Shown here: positions 50,492-61,462 of the stretch, piece after piece
Layout: each line of letters starts with the position of its first letter
How positions within the stretch are numbered: the first letter of the stretch is position 1
Assembly: GCA_020720625.1 (NCBI GenBank)
Contig: DYOH01000009.1
Coordinates: 7,057 to 71,056 of the forward strand
Reading direction: 5' to 3'
Length of the DNA stretch: 64,000 bases
From: Acetofilamentum sp.
GTDB taxonomy: Bacteria > Bacteroidota > Bacteroidia > Bacteroidales > DYOH01
Notes under the pieces: model-generated
Told to the model about the DNA's origin: nothing
Database searches by the model: none
Seen by the model: the letters and a program-made list of their open reading frames with translations, nothing else
Translations under genes and position numbers: made by a program

Positions 50492-50529
50492 AAAAAAAAA
50501 GCTGTATGACAAGTCAAACAGCTTTTTTT
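50492..50529. terminator. Bidirectional intrinsic terminator between the PP2C operon and rplS
   Basis: A9-GCTGTATGAC-AA-GTCAAACAGC-T7. Confidence 0.8.
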
Positions 50530-50548
50530 AGTAATGAAAAAATATTCA

Positions 50549-50896
50549 TTAAACTCTTCTTTCTTTAATACGGGCTTTCTTACCGGTAAGTTTTCTAAAA
50601 TAGTAAATACGTGCTCTACGTACTTTACCGTTTTTATTTATCACAATACTTTCCACGAAAGGTGAATGTACTGGGATAACACGCTCTACTCCAACATTAC
50701 CAGACATTTTACGCACGGTAAAAGTTTCGGTGGCTCCTTCGCCTTTTCTTTGTATAACTACCCCACGGAATGCTTGCACGCGTTCTTTGTTTCCCTCCTT
50801 AATTTTGTAATTAACAGTTACTGTATCACCTGCTTTAAAATCCGGGATTTGGTTTTGTGCTAAAAATTCGTTTTGTGCAACTTTTATTAGGTCCAT
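50549..50896 (-). CDS. rplS: 50S ribosomal protein L19
   Basis: FKAGDTV, KEGNKERVQAFRGVVI, GVER and VRRARIYY. Confidence 0.98.
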   Translation of the reverse strand: MDLIKVAQNEFLAQNQIPDFKAGDTVTVNYKIKEGNKERVQAFRGVVIQRKGEGATETFTVRKMSGNVGVERVIPVHSPFVESIVINKNGKVRRARIYYFRKLTGKKARIKERRV

Positions 50897-50987
50897 CCTT
50901 ATATCGATTTAATAATTCATGAATTCTCTAACGAGCCGCAATATTACAACTTTTTTTTCAAATTACGAATTAAAATTTTACTTTTTT

Positions 50988-51647
50988 TTATTGTTGCGTA
51001 AATGCATAAGTCAATATATTGGCTCCCATCTTTAGTGCTTCTATTCTCTTCGATTCAGGATCGTTGTGTACGGCTTCATCCTCCCAACCATCGCCCAAAT
51101 CGGATTCGTATGTGTATAAAACAGCCAATCTGCCCTGAAGAAATATGCCAAAGGCCTGTGCAGGTTTTCCGTCGTGCTCATGTATTTTTGGTAGTCCATT
51201 CGTAAAGGAATAAAACGCATGAAAAATGGGAAAATCAGGAGGAAGCTCAGCGAAATTCTCCTCCGGAAACACTTTTTTCATCTCGCGTCTGATAAACTCA
51301 TCGAGCCCATAATTATCATCAATATGTAAAAAACCGCCTGCAAGAAGATAGTTTCTCAGATTTGATACGTCTTGCTCATCAAAGTACACATTTCCATGCC
51401 CGGTAAGGTGTAAAAACGGGTAATTAAAAAGCTGGGCGCTCCCCAGCTCCACCTCTGCAATCTCAGGATGAATATTGGTGGCAAGGTGTTGATTGCAATA
51501 TTTTACCAAATTTGGTAAAGATGTTGGATTGGCATACCAATCTCCACCACCTTTATATTTCGCCAAAGCTATCCGGTAGTCGAAAGTTTGAGCATTCATT
51601 TGTATACCCGACAATATGCTTATCCACAAAAAAAATAGAACTCTCAT
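50988..51647 (-). CDS. DUF4159 domain protein
   Basis: KYKGGGDWYANPTSLPNL, GGFLHIDDNYG, PKIHEHDG, DLGDGWED. Confidence 0.85.
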   Translation of the reverse strand: MRVLFFLWISILSGIQMNAQTFDYRIALAKYKGGGDWYANPTSLPNLVKYCNQHLATNIHPEIAEVELGSAQLFNYPFLHLTGHGNVYFDEQDVSNLRNYLLAGGFLHIDDNYGLDEFIRREMKKVFPEENFAELPPDFPIFHAFYSFTNGLPKIHEHDGKPAQAFGIFLQGRLAVLYTYESDLGDGWEDEAVHNDPESKRIEALKMGANILTYAFTQQ

Positions 51648-52354
51648 TAGTATTGATTTTTGGTTGCTACTGCTGCGCAGGCCACAAGGGCCGCTGTTTC
51701 TGTCCGTAATCTCGAAATTCCAAGACTTACCGGCTTAAATCCGTTTTCCATAGCTGTGTTTATTTCGGAAATATCAAATCCACCTTCGGGGCCGATAATA
51801 ACAAGTAATGACGAATCTTTAGGTATTTCATCAAAAAAATACTTTTTCGGCAAATCAAGACAATGGGCTATGAATTTATTTTCGCATTTTTTGTGCTGAT
51901 TTAAAAAATCAGAAAAAGAAATTAGCTCGTTTAACTGTGGATGATAGGCCTTATAAGATTGTTTCATGGCCGCTTCGAGCACTTTATTGTAGCGCTCCAT
52001 ATTTATTTTAGTTCTTTCGGAATACTTTGTAATAAGAGGTGTTATTTCATCTATCCCAATTTCTGTTGCTTTTTCAAGAAACCACTCAAATCTTTCGTTG
52101 GCCTTGGTTGGAGCTACAGCAATATGCAAAGAATACGATTTCTTGTTGTATTGTTCAAATTCCTTTTCAATTTCGAGAACTGTTCTCTTCGAATTATCAT
52201 CAATTATCTTGCATTCAAATAAACTACCTTTTCCATTTGTTACATGCACATTTTCGCCTTTTTGCAAACGTAGTACTCTAGTGCAATGCTTAGATTCTGT
52301 TTCAGGCAAACTTATTAATTTGCCATTTATATCGGGTAAATAAAACCAATGCAT
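51647..52354 (-). CDS. rsmE: 16S rRNA m3U1498 methyltransferase
   Basis: HCTRVLRL, EKATEIG, IGPEGGF, LGISRLRTETA. Confidence 0.95.
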   Translation of the reverse strand: MHWFYLPDINGKLISLPETESKHCTRVLRLQKGENVHVTNGKGSLFECKIIDDNSKRTVLEIEKEFEQYNKKSYSLHIAVAPTKANERFEWFLEKATEIGIDEITPLITKYSERTKINMERYNKVLEAAMKQSYKAYHPQLNELISFSDFLNQHKKCENKFIAHCLDLPKKYFFDEIPKDSSLLVIIGPEGGFDISEINTAMENGFKPVSLGISRLRTETAALVACAAVATKNQY

Positions 52355-52356
52355 AA

Positions 52357-54417
52357 TTATAATTGTACACCTAAAACCAAAATATCATCAATTTGTTTGA
52401 ATTTATCGGCCTGCCATAATTTCAGCTCCTGATTTAGTTTTTGCTTTTGCGTTTCTAAAGGATGAACAGAAATTGAAACTAAAAAATCGCGATAGGCAGA
52501 TTTAAAATATTTTCGGCCTTTTACGCCACCTACCTGATCCTGAAAACCATCTGTTGATAAATAAAGTTTATCTCCTGCCGAAAAAGTTTTTGTAGTAGAA
52601 ACAAATGGCTCTTCGTTTCTCGATATTGCCACTGGCATGCGCTGTGAATCAATAATCTCAATATTTCTACCCGAAATAAGGTAGGCATCGTTGTGAGCAC
52701 CGCTAAATTCTAATTTAAATTCTTTTTTGTAAATTTTAACCAAAGAAATATCCAATCCATCTTTATTATCTGCAATAGATTTTTGCCCAAGTGAACTCTT
52801 TAATTTTGAACGTAATAGATTTAAAATATTGCCTAAATTTTGTTGATGTATGCTATCCATGTTGATTATTTCGTTGAGCAATGAAATACTTAATACACTC
52901 ATAAAAGACCCGGAAACTCCATGCCCTGTTGAGTCTGCAACAGCAAGATATATATATTCCTGATGCTGATAAACCCAGTAAAAATCGCCACTTACAATAT
53001 CGCGCGGAATATTGAGCACAAAAAAATCAGAAAATATAGCTCCAAGTGTATCATCTGAAGGCATAAGCGCCTTTTGAATCCTGCTGGCATAATTTATACT
53101 ATCGGTTATAAAAGTTTGCCTATCCTCTAATATTTTATATTGAATTTCAAGTAAATTATTTATATTCTGCAAATTGTTTGCCTGCACTTCGAGTTCCACA
53201 CTTTGCTCTTTTAATGCTTTATTCTTCTCCTCAATAAGCTGATTTGTTTGTGTTAATTGATTATTTATACGATTCATTTTCTTTCTGTTTCGGTTAAATA
53301 ATACCAAGGCCACAAAGCCTATCAAAATTAATATGACCAAAAAAGCGGAGATAAATGTAATTCGTTTTTTATACAATTCTTCTATCCGTAAATCGCGTTG
53401 CAATAATTCAATTTCCGATTGTTTTTTTAGCTGCTCCTTGCTAAATTCAATACTTGCAATTTGCTTGGAAACTTGCTCACTATAGAGCGAGTCTTTATAA
53501 TTATTCACCAATTGCTCATAAGAATAAGCGCGCTGATAATCTTTTAACGAACTAAAAACTTGTGCCAACTGCTCGCATGAGCGCATGGTTCTTAAATTGG
53601 AACGAACAACACGTGCGACATTTAAACTAATTGTGGCATAGTGTAAAGCACTGTCGAGCATATCTTTTTCTAAATAGAGTATAGAAAGCTGATTGCAATA
53701 ATCGGAGTATAAATCCTTATCTGCTTCAAAATTGCTATATTTTTGCGCAAGCTTATAGTATTCCATGGCCTTGGAGTAAGAATTTTTCTCCAACTCAACA
53801 TCGCCCAAATACTTATAGGTAACTCCAATTTTTTCAAAATCACTTGCTTGCTCTCTTAATTCCAGTGTTTTTTCCAAAAAAAACCGGGCACTATCAAATT
53901 TATTTAAAAGCAAATAAGATCGCCCAAGGTTTTGATAGGCATATCCCAATAAGTCTTCATTTTTTAATTTTGATGCAATAGGTAAAACCATTTGCAAGTA
54001 TTGCACTGATAATTCAGGTTTCTCCTGATAGAGATATAGGTTGGCAAAATTATTATATGCATATCCCAATTGATCTTCGTAGCCAAAATCCATTGCTAAA
54101 TCTACCGAATTTTGATAATTTTCTAAGGCTTGGGTATAAACACCCATATTGCGGTACAAAACACCTATAAAGCTATATGATTTGGTTAACTCGTAAGAAA
54201 AATTGTTTTTTGTTGAAATATCAATGGCTTCCTGGATATATTTTAATGCCTCACGTGGTTCAGAATTGCGCAAGCTCCATCCTATTTTATTGAGTGTTTT
54301 TGCTTTTGTTTCACCCTCTTGCTTTGGAAGCAAGTTGATGAGAGAATCTGTTTCTTGTGCCCTTAATGACAAAACACAAAAAATAAACACAACAAAATAA
54401 AGCAAGTATTTCTGCAT
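52357..54417 (-). CDS. Membrane sensor phosphatase: TPR repeats-TM-coiled coil-SpoIIE/PP2C
   Basis: Signal peptide from MQKYLL, TPR-like helical repeats, TM, PRDIVSGD, DSTGHGVSG, DGLD, TDG, IDDI. Confidence 0.88.
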   Translation of the reverse strand: MQKYLLYFVVFIFCVLSLRAQETDSLINLLPKQEGETKAKTLNKIGWSLRNSEPREALKYIQEAIDISTKNNFSYELTKSYSFIGVLYRNMGVYTQALENYQNSVDLAMDFGYEDQLGYAYNNFANLYLYQEKPELSVQYLQMVLPIASKLKNEDLLGYAYQNLGRSYLLLNKFDSARFFLEKTLELREQASDFEKIGVTYKYLGDVELEKNSYSKAMEYYKLAQKYSNFEADKDLYSDYCNQLSILYLEKDMLDSALHYATISLNVARVVRSNLRTMRSCEQLAQVFSSLKDYQRAYSYEQLVNNYKDSLYSEQVSKQIASIEFSKEQLKKQSEIELLQRDLRIEELYKKRITFISAFLVILILIGFVALVLFNRNRKKMNRINNQLTQTNQLIEEKNKALKEQSVELEVQANNLQNINNLLEIQYKILEDRQTFITDSINYASRIQKALMPSDDTLGAIFSDFFVLNIPRDIVSGDFYWVYQHQEYIYLAVADSTGHGVSGSFMSVLSISLLNEIINMDSIHQQNLGNILNLLRSKLKSSLGQKSIADNKDGLDISLVKIYKKEFKLEFSGAHNDAYLISGRNIEIIDSQRMPVAISRNEEPFVSTTKTFSAGDKLYLSTDGFQDQVGGVKGRKYFKSAYRDFLVSISVHPLETQKQKLNQELKLWQADKFKQIDDILVLGVQL

Positions 54418-54576
54418 ATATGTAATCAGATTAAATCCGAAAATTCTTATTCGCTTAACTTCAATGGAAGATTGAATCAAATATAATATAAATTTGCAAA
54501 TTAACTAAATGTATAGGCAAAGAAAAAATAGAATCCATTAATTTCACAAAAAATTAATTTTGCCGGAAGAATTAAC

Positions 54577-54584
54577 TACTTTTG
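54577..54584 (+). promoter_or_regulatory. Bacteroidota -7 box (TACTTTTG) for panB-rluA
   Basis: TAnnTTTG 16 nt upstream of the ATG. Confidence 0.55.
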
Positions 54585-54600
54585 CACAAATAAAAAAAAT

Positions 54601-55416
54601 ATGTCGGTACACAGCGATATTAAAAAAATTACCACCCATGTGCTTCAAAATATGAAGTTTAATGGCGAAAAAATAAGTATGCTTACGGCTTACGATTATT
54701 CATTAGCCCGTATTTTAGACCAATCCGGAATAGATGTAATTCTGGTAGGCGATTCGGCATCCAACGTAATGGCCGGATTTGAAACTACTTTGCCTATTAC
54801 GCTTGATATGATGATTTATCATGCAAGCTCTGTGGTTAGAGCGGTAGACAGGGCCTTGGTGGTGGTAGATATGCCTTTTGGTACCTATCAGGGAAATTCA
54901 AAACTTGCACTTTCTTCGGCCATTCGTATTATGAAGGAGACCGGGGCAAGTGCAGTAAAACTTGAAGGGGGTAGCGAAATTGTAGAATCGGTGCAACGAA
55001 TTCTTTCGGCGGGTATACCCGTAATGGGACATTTGGGACTAACACCTCAATCTATTCATAAATTTGGCACTTATGTAGTTAGAGCCAAGGAAGACGAAGA
55101 AGCAGAAAAACTTATCAGCGATGCTTGTTTGCTTCAGGAAACCGGAGCATTTGCTATTGTTATCGAGAAAGTTCCGGCTCAGTTGGCTCAAAAAGTAGCA
55201 GAAAAACTTAAAATCCCAATTATTGGCATTGGTGCAGGTGCTTTTGTCGACGGCCAGGTGCTCGTTTTGCATGATATGCTGGGAATTACTCAAGAATTTT
55301 CGCCTCGTTTTTTGCGAAGATACCACAATTTGAGCGAAGAAATATTAATTGCCGTTAAACAATATATTACAGACGTTAAAAATCAGGATTTTCCGAATGA
55401 AAAAGAACAATACTAA
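54601..55416 (+). CDS. panB: 3-methyl-2-oxobutanoate hydroxymethyltransferase
   Basis: [36 protein letters not shown]. Confidence 0.97.
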   Translation: MSVHSDIKKITTHVLQNMKFNGEKISMLTAYDYSLARILDQSGIDVILVGDSASNVMAGFETTLPITLDMMIYHASSVVRAVDRALVVVDMPFGTYQGNSKLALSSAIRIMKETGASAVKLEGGSEIVESVQRILSAGIPVMGHLGLTPQSIHKFGTYVVRAKEDEEAEKLISDACLLQETGAFAIVIEKVPAQLAQKVAEKLKIPIIGIGAGAFVDGQVLVLHDMLGITQEFSPRFLRRYHNLSEEILIAVKQYITDVKNQDFPNEKEQY

Positions 55417-56119
55417 TTTAGAAATTTTATTTGAAGATAACCACATTATTGCTGTAAATAAGCCATGTGGCGAGCTTTCGCAAGGCGACAATACCGGCGA
55501 CGAATCAATGTTGCTTAAAGTGAAAGAATACATCAAGGAAAAATATGAAAAACCCGGAGATGTTTTTCTGGGATTAGTGCACAGGCTTGATAGACCCACG
55601 AGTGGAGTTTTGCTTTTCGCACGCACTTCTAAAGCTTTGGTGCGAATCAACCAAATGATGCAGGAAAAAGTGGATATGAAAAAAATTTACTGGGCGGTTG
55701 TAGACAAAATTCCTGTTGATTTAGAGAGCGAACTTACCCATTACATAATTAAAGACAGTAGTACAAACAAATCTAAAGCGCACGACAAAGAAGTGAAAGG
55801 CTCTAAAATTGCCAAACTTAAATACAGGTATATTGGCCGTACGGATAAATTTCACCTTCTCGAAATTGAATTAATAACCGGCAGACATCACCAAATCAGA
55901 GCTCAGCTGGCCAAAATTGGGCTTCATATAAAAGGCGACTTAAAATATGGTTTCCCACGCTCAAATGCTGATGGAAAAGGTATTCATTTGCATGCTAAAA
56001 GGCTGGAAATGATGCATCCGGTATTAAAAAAATGGATAATTATTGAAGCTCCTCTCCCAAAAGAAAATTTATGGAACGAGCTAAAAAACATTAAACCCGA
56101 CAATTCATCTTTGAAATAG
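55397..56119 (+). CDS. RluA-family RNA pseudouridine synthase
   Basis: [33 protein letters not shown]. Confidence 0.93.
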   Translation: MKKNNTNLEILFEDNHIIAVNKPCGELSQGDNTGDESMLLKVKEYIKEKYEKPGDVFLGLVHRLDRPTSGVLLFARTSKALVRINQMMQEKVDMKKIYWAVVDKIPVDLESELTHYIIKDSSTNKSKAHDKEVKGSKIAKLKYRYIGRTDKFHLLEIELITGRHHQIRAQLAKIGLHIKGDLKYGFPRSNADGKGIHLHAKRLEMMHPVLKKWIIIEAPLPKENLWNELKNIKPDNSSLK

Positions 56120-56133
56120 CATTTTTTTCTTAA

Positions 56134-56180
56134 AAAAGCTAATTCTTTTATCGAAACGATACAGAATTAGCTTTTCTTTT
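56134..56180. terminator. Bidirectional terminator between rluA and ndk
   Basis: AAAAGCTAATTCT...AGAATTAGCTTTT inverted repeat between convergent genes. Confidence 0.75.
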
Positions 56181-56201
56181 ACATTATCTCAAACTTTGTG
56201 C

Positions 56202-56645
56202 TTATTGCATAAACAAATCTCCATCAACTGAGTATCTTTCTTTGAATGGAAAGAAAAAAGTAGATTCAATAGCTGCATTCTCATCACTATCCGAACCATG
56301 AACTGCATTAGCCTGAACAGATTCTGCAAATTGCCTTCTAATGGTGCCCTCGGCGGCTTGAGCCGGATTGGTGCTGCCAATTAGCCTGCGATAGTCTTCT
56401 ACGGCATTCACTTTTTCTAAAATTGCAGCTACTACTGGTCCCGACGACATAAAATCTACTAATTCGCCATAAAATGGCCTTTCTTTGTGAACAGCATAAA
56501 AGGCTTCGGCTTCGCTTTTACTTAGTAAAACCATTTTCATGGCAGCAATCCTAAACCCATCTTTTATAATTTGGTCTAAAATTGCACCGGTATAACCTTT
56601 TGCCACTGCACGCGGCTTTATCATTGTAAATGTAAAATTACCCAT
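56202..56645 (-). CDS. ndk: Nucleoside diphosphate kinase
   Basis: [29 protein letters not shown]. Confidence 0.97.
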   Translation of the reverse strand: MGNFTFTMIKPRAVAKGYTGAILDQIIKDGFRIAAMKMVLLSKSEAEAFYAVHKERPFYGELVDFMSSGPVVAAILEKVNAVEDYRRLIGSTNPAQAAEGTIRRQFAESVQANAVHGSDSDENAAIESTFFFPFKERYSVDGDLFMQ

Positions 56646-56893
56646 AAAGTATTTTTTTTTAATTTTGGCTCCAAAATAAATAATAATAATTGTTTATTGC
56701 AATTCAATCTAAATATAATTAACTAAGAAATTTTTTTGTATTAATCATACCAAGAAACTAATTTTTTCGTACTAAATTTATTGAATTCAAAATTTAGTTT
56801 TTTTTTTGAAACTGTGGGCGACAAATTTTCTCAATAACAGAAATTTATGCTCAAATTTGACGACAACTCAAAATAATTTCTAAAATTAATCAA

Positions 56894-59800
56894 ATGAAAA
56901 ATAAGAAATACATTTTCATAATCATTATTCTGGGACTTACATTCCTGCAATCGACAAATATTTTTGCGCAAAGAACCGTTTTTCGAACCGACCCGGAACA
57001 GTTTATCAACGACTTTTTCTCTTTTGCCAAAGAAAGTGGAAAAGAGGGGCTTAACATTTTCAACGACTTTAAAAATCGCTGGGATAGTCTGTATTTCGAA
57101 GAATCAGACCGAAAACAGATTGTTCAATCACTGAACGCAATTCTGAAAAAAAACGGTCAGATGAGCCCTCATATCGAAAATTATCTAAAAACGCTTTATG
57201 CCTTTCATCAAATCCAACATCCGATCGAAAGTTATCGTGAATGGGCAGATGGCAACGAAAAAATCCTGCAAAAATATCCCATTGCGCACATCAATATTTT
57301 CCTTACAAATTCGTATAATTTACTTACTAAAAATATATTAGACGAAAAAGGACACAAAATATGGACACATAGCGCTAGTTTTGTCTTTGTAAACAAGCAA
57401 AATAAACTCCAGGCTCATTTTGAGCAGGGCATGCTAATTGGAAAAATTCAGGAAGACTCTACTTTTATCTTAGACACCCAAGGCGATTATTTGCTCATGG
57501 AAAACGTTTGGGAAGGAGTTGGTGGAAAAATTACCTGGCAAAAGGCCGGATTTGAACCCGATATGCGATATGCAACACTTACAAAATATGAAATTAAGCT
57601 TAATGGCAGTACTTTCGAAGCCGAAAAAGTAAATCTTACCGATAATTATTTTGGCTTAGCAGGCATAGATGGTAAACTGGAAGATAAAATCAGCCCATTG
57701 AAATATCCGATGAAAAGTACTTATCCTCAGTTTGTTTCCTATAACGATGATTTAAAAATCAGCAATATTTTCGAAATGCTTAATTTTCAGGGCGGTTTTT
57801 CTTCAAGAGGCAGAAAAGCCTACATTTTTGTAGATAAAGCAGCAAAAGCCGATATGTGGGTTACCAAAAATAAAGAAATTATCGGCCATCTGCGTTCTAA
57901 AAGCTTTGTACTTGATTCGGCAACCATTAGCTCACAATTAAGCTCACTTGAGATTAAGGCAGATACGTCTAGTGTTTTTCATCCGGGCATTAGTTTTACA
58001 ATGCTCATTCCTTCGCCCGAAGAAGCTTCTGTAACATTCTTTAGAAGCACTGAAGGAATGGCGTCGGCTCCTTTTTACGATAATAATCATTTACTGGATA
58101 TTTATGCTGATATTGCATTGTGGTTTCCTTTTAAAAATGAACTTAGTTTTAAAAATGGCGTAAGCAACAGCAATGGTGAAGTTTATTATCGTTCGCTCAA
58201 TTTTTTTGATCCCAACGACCCACTATTAAAAGGATTGTATCCAAAACACCCGGTTTTTATGCTCAACGAATTTGGTGGCAACGAATTTGAAGCACGCGAA
58301 TTTGCCAGATTTCTGCAAAAACCTGTAGACCAAGTTGTTTTTATGCTTTTAGAACTTTCGTTCAAGGGCATTATCGAATTTGATTTGGAAACGAAAAAAG
58401 CAGTATTATTGCCCCGGTTTTATACCTATCTCGAAGCTTTACGCGGGAAAAAAGACTACGACAATATGCAAATGGTTTCTAACCCCAAAGGAATTAGTAG
58501 CGGCGCTATATACGATTTAAATAAAGGTAGCCTAAAACTTAATGCCTTGCAGCCAATACCATTAAGCAATAAGCAACAGGTAATTGTAAAACCCGATAGC
58601 AATTCTATTACACTAAATAAAGGCAGAGACTTTTCTTTTGATGGAACTTTTTCTATTGGATACTTTTTGTTTAAAGGTAAAGATTTTAGTTTCTTCTACG
58701 ATGATTTTAAAATCAACCTTGATAGCGTTGATTACATGCAAATATATGTACCCAACGAAAAAGCAGACTCTCTTCAAAGAAGAGTGAATCAGGTTTTAAA
58801 CAAAATCGAAAAAATCAGGGGAGATATTTTAATCGACGACCCCGGAAACAAATCAGGCTTGCAAGATTTTACTGATTATCCTATTCTTACGACCTACGAT
58901 ACATCTTATGTATATTACGACCAAGTAGTTCAGCCGGCAGGTATTTACAACCGCGAAGAATTCTTTTTTATGGTTTATCCTTTTAAAATTGATAGCTTAG
59001 GCAGTTTTACCACCAAAGGTTTTAATCTATTAGGCGAATTTCATTCAGACTCTATTTTCCCTGTATTTAAAAATGTAGATTTAGTTATTCAGCCAGATTT
59101 AAGTTTAGGATTTAACAAACCATCAAGTGAAAAAGGAGATTCTTTATATGGGGGTAAAGCTTTATTTTTCAACGAAATAGTATTAAACTCCTTAGGATTA
59201 AACGCCCGGGGTACCATTCAATATCTTACCAGCAAAACTACCTCATCGCAATTTCAGTTTTACCCGGATTCCATGATTACCAAAGCAAGCAATTTCGAAA
59301 TTATCAAGCAAACCGTTGGATATCAATTCCCAAGCTTACTAACAGATAGCATTTACATACAATGGTACCCTAAATCCGACAGTTTGTGGGCAAACAATGC
59401 AAACATAATAAAACAAAAATTTCCAATCCTTGTTTTTGATGAGAAAACTAATTTTGGTGGAAAATTACTATTGCAGCCCAATGGATTAAAAGGAAGCGGA
59501 GCCGTTGAAGTGAACAACGGACGACTTAGTTCCGAAAAATTCAAATTCAAATCGGATGCTTTCACGGCCGATACTGCCGACTTTGTTTTAAAAATGGATA
59601 TTCAGCCTGGTGAAGAAGAATTTAGCTTAGCCAAAGAACCCGATTTTGAAACCAAAAATGTTTTCGCCGAAATTGATATGAAACAAAGAATTGGAAAACT
59701 CAAATCTAATGGGGCAGAATCTTATATCTTCTTTCCACAGAATATGTTTTTATGCTATATGTCGGAAATGATTTGGTATATGGACAAAAAGCTGCTCGAT

Positions 59801-61408
59801 TTAAGTTCAGCCAAACCCGAAGAAGATTCTACTAGCGTTGAAGCCCTTTCTGCTCGTTTTGTTTCTACAAATCCGAAACAAGATTCGCTCGAATTTTTTG
59901 CACGCTCATCGAGTTTCGATGCCATGAAAAAAGAAATTTGGGCCAAAGGGGTAGATAGTATACCGGTAGCTAATGCAAGTATTTACACATCCGACGGAAA
60001 TGTATACATCGAAAAGAAAGCCAAAATTAAAACCCTCGATAATACTAAAATTAAAACAGAAAAATTCGAATTCTTTAATGCCACTGCAACGATCGAAGGA
60101 AAATTCAGCTTCTTTGGCTCGGGTTTTTATAATTTTATCGACGAAATAGATAGCATTCAGATGCTAGCTTTTAACGACATTAAAGTAGATTCTGCTAAAA
60201 ATGTTGTGGCAAACGGACAAATTGCCCGTGAGCAAAAATTTAAACTGAGCCCGGTTTACGATTATTATGGTAAAATTATTATCAATACCTTCGACTCGAT
60301 TCCTTTCTTCAACGGTCATTTTAAAATAGTGCACCAATGCGACAAGCTAAAAGTTAATCCAATTGCCATGCAATATATTCCCATGGCCGCATTTATAAAC
60401 CCCGATTCTATTTATATCCCGATAACTGATATTAACCACGAAAATGCTCCTTATGCTGCCACTTTGGTTACGATTGATTCCACTCATGTATATAGTGCAT
60501 TCTTAAATGATATTAAATGGTGGAGCGACCAACCTATCATGAAAGCTGATCAAATGCTGTATTATAACAAAACTTTATCGCAATTTAACTTATCGAATCC
60601 GGAAAAGCTCAAAAATCCTGAACTAAGGGGAAATTTTGTTTCGCTAAACAAAAATTACTGCAATATTTATAGTCAGGGCGATATTGATTTAGGCCTTGAT
60701 TATGGTCAAATGAAAATTAATGCTGCCGGCGAATTATTTCATGCAATTGAGCAAAACAGAATGAGTATAAATTTAAGCTTTGGTCTTAATTTTTATTTTC
60801 ATCAGCCAAGTTTGGATGCAATTTATAACACTTTTCAACAAGAGCCTACATTGCAAGCTATTGATTTAACATCCTTGGGGGTACAACAGCAGTTAAAACA
60901 GCTTACCAACGATAATGTGCTGCAAGGTATGTTCTCAGAACTTAGCTCCACAGGCGCCATTCAAACTGTGCCAAACGAGTTTGCCAAAACTTTGTTCTTT
61001 AGCGATGTAAAACTGGTTTGGAACAAAGAAACCCAGTCGTATGTTTCGGAGGGCCCTATTGGAATAGGTTTTATTGGTGGAAAACCTGTAAACAAAAAGG
61101 TGACTGGAATTATTGAAATGACCAAAAAGAAAAGCGGAAACTTACTCAATATTTATATTGAAGCTAGTCCCAATAAGTGGTACTTTTTTACATACTCAAG
61201 AAACGTGCTTAGAACTTTCTCTTCCGATGCTACCTACAATACTACAATTGCGAACCTCGAAGGAAAGGAGAATATTATGCCTGTGGAGCGGAATCAAACT
61301 CCATTTTCGTTTTTAACTTCGAGCGAAAGAATAAAAAGTAAATTCCTTTACCGAATAATGCAGGGCGAATTGGAAGAAGAAGAAGAAGAGGAAGAAATGG
61401 AAGAATAA
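56894..61408 (+). CDS. Large (1504 aa) exported beta-rich hypothetical protein
   Basis: Long uninterrupted ORF with a signal peptide (…NIFA|Q), alternating beta-strand patterns and a poly-Glu C-terminus; no catalytic motif recognised. Confidence 0.8.
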   Translation: MKNKKYIFIIIILGLTFLQSTNIFAQRTVFRTDPEQFINDFFSFAKESGKEGLNIFNDFKNRWDSLYFEESDRKQIVQSLNAILKKNGQMSPHIENYLKTLYAFHQIQHPIESYREWADGNEKILQKYPIAHINIFLTNSYNLLTKNILDEKGHKIWTHSASFVFVNKQNKLQAHFEQGMLIGKIQEDSTFILDTQGDYLLMENVWEGVGGKITWQKAGFEPDMRYATLTKYEIKLNGSTFEAEKVNLTDNYFGLAGIDGKLEDKISPLKYPMKSTYPQFVSYNDDLKISNIFEMLNFQGGFSSRGRKAYIFVDKAAKADMWVTKNKEIIGHLRSKSFVLDSATISSQLSSLEIKADTSSVFHPGISFTMLIPSPEEASVTFFRSTEGMASAPFYDNNHLLDIYADIALWFPFKNELSFKNGVSNSNGEVYYRSLNFFDPNDPLLKGLYPKHPVFMLNEFGGNEFEAREFARFLQKPVDQVVFMLLELSFKGIIEFDLETKKAVLLPRFYTYLEALRGKKDYDNMQMVSNPKGISSGAIYDLNKGSLKLNALQPIPLSNKQQVIVKPDSNSITLNKGRDFSFDGTFSIGYFLFKGKDFSFFYDDFKINLDSVDYMQIYVPNEKADSLQRRVNQVLNKIEKIRGDILIDDPGNKSGLQDFTDYPILTTYDTSYVYYDQVVQPAGIYNREEFFFMVYPFKIDSLGSFTTKGFNLLGEFHSDSIFPVFKNVDLVIQPDLSLGFNKPSSEKGDSLYGGKALFFNEIVLNSLGLNARGTIQYLTSKTTSSQFQFYPDSMITKASNFEIIKQTVGYQFPSLLTDSIYIQWYPKSDSLWANNANIIKQKFPILVFDEKTNFGGKLLLQPNGLKGSGAVEVNNGRLSSEKFKFKSDAFTADTADFVLKMDIQPGEEEFSLAKEPDFETKNVFAEIDMKQRIGKLKSNGAESYIFFPQNMFLCYMSEMIWYMDKKLLDLSSAKPEEDSTSVEALSARFVSTNPKQDSLEFFARSSSFDAMKKEIWAKGVDSIPVANASIYTSDGNVYIEKKAKIKTLDNTKIKTEKFEFFNATATIEGKFSFFGSGFYNFIDEIDSIQMLAFNDIKVDSAKNVVANGQIAREQKFKLSPVYDYYGKIIINTFDSIPFFNGHFKIVHQCDKLKVNPIAMQYIPMAAFINPDSIYIPITDINHENAPYAATLVTIDSTHVYSAFLNDIKWWSDQPIMKADQMLYYNKTLSQFNLSNPEKLKNPELRGNFVSLNKNYCNIYSQGDIDLGLDYGQMKINAAGELFHAIEQNRMSINLSFGLNFYFHQPSLDAIYNTFQQEPTLQAIDLTSLGVQQQLKQLTNDNVLQGMFSELSSTGAIQTVPNEFAKTLFFSDVKLVWNKETQSYVSEGPIGIGFIGGKPVNKKVTGIIEMTKKKSGNLLNIYIEASPNKWYFFTYSRNVLRTFSSDATYNTTIANLEGKENIMPVERNQTPFSFLTSSERIKSKFLYRIMQGELEEEEEEEEMEE

Positions 61409-61417
61409 TGAAAAAAT

Positions 61418-61457
61418 AAAAGCGCAAGAGCCAAATAATTTTGCTCTTGCGCTTTTT
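61418..61457. terminator. Bidirectional intrinsic terminator
   Basis: AAAAGCGCAAGAGC...GCTCTTGCGCTTTTT between convergent genes. Confidence 0.85.
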
Positions 61458-61462
61458 GACGC

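Noticed and set aside
50897..50987. L19 autoregulatory leader upstream of rplS
   Set aside because: Only a short AT-rich palindrome (AATTCATGAATT) is present; no structure can be supported without a covariance-model search.
61372..61405. GAA trinucleotide run as a contingency (phase-variable) repeat
   Set aside because: It is an interrupted, in-frame triplet run encoding a terminal poly-Glu tail, so slippage would not shift the frame.
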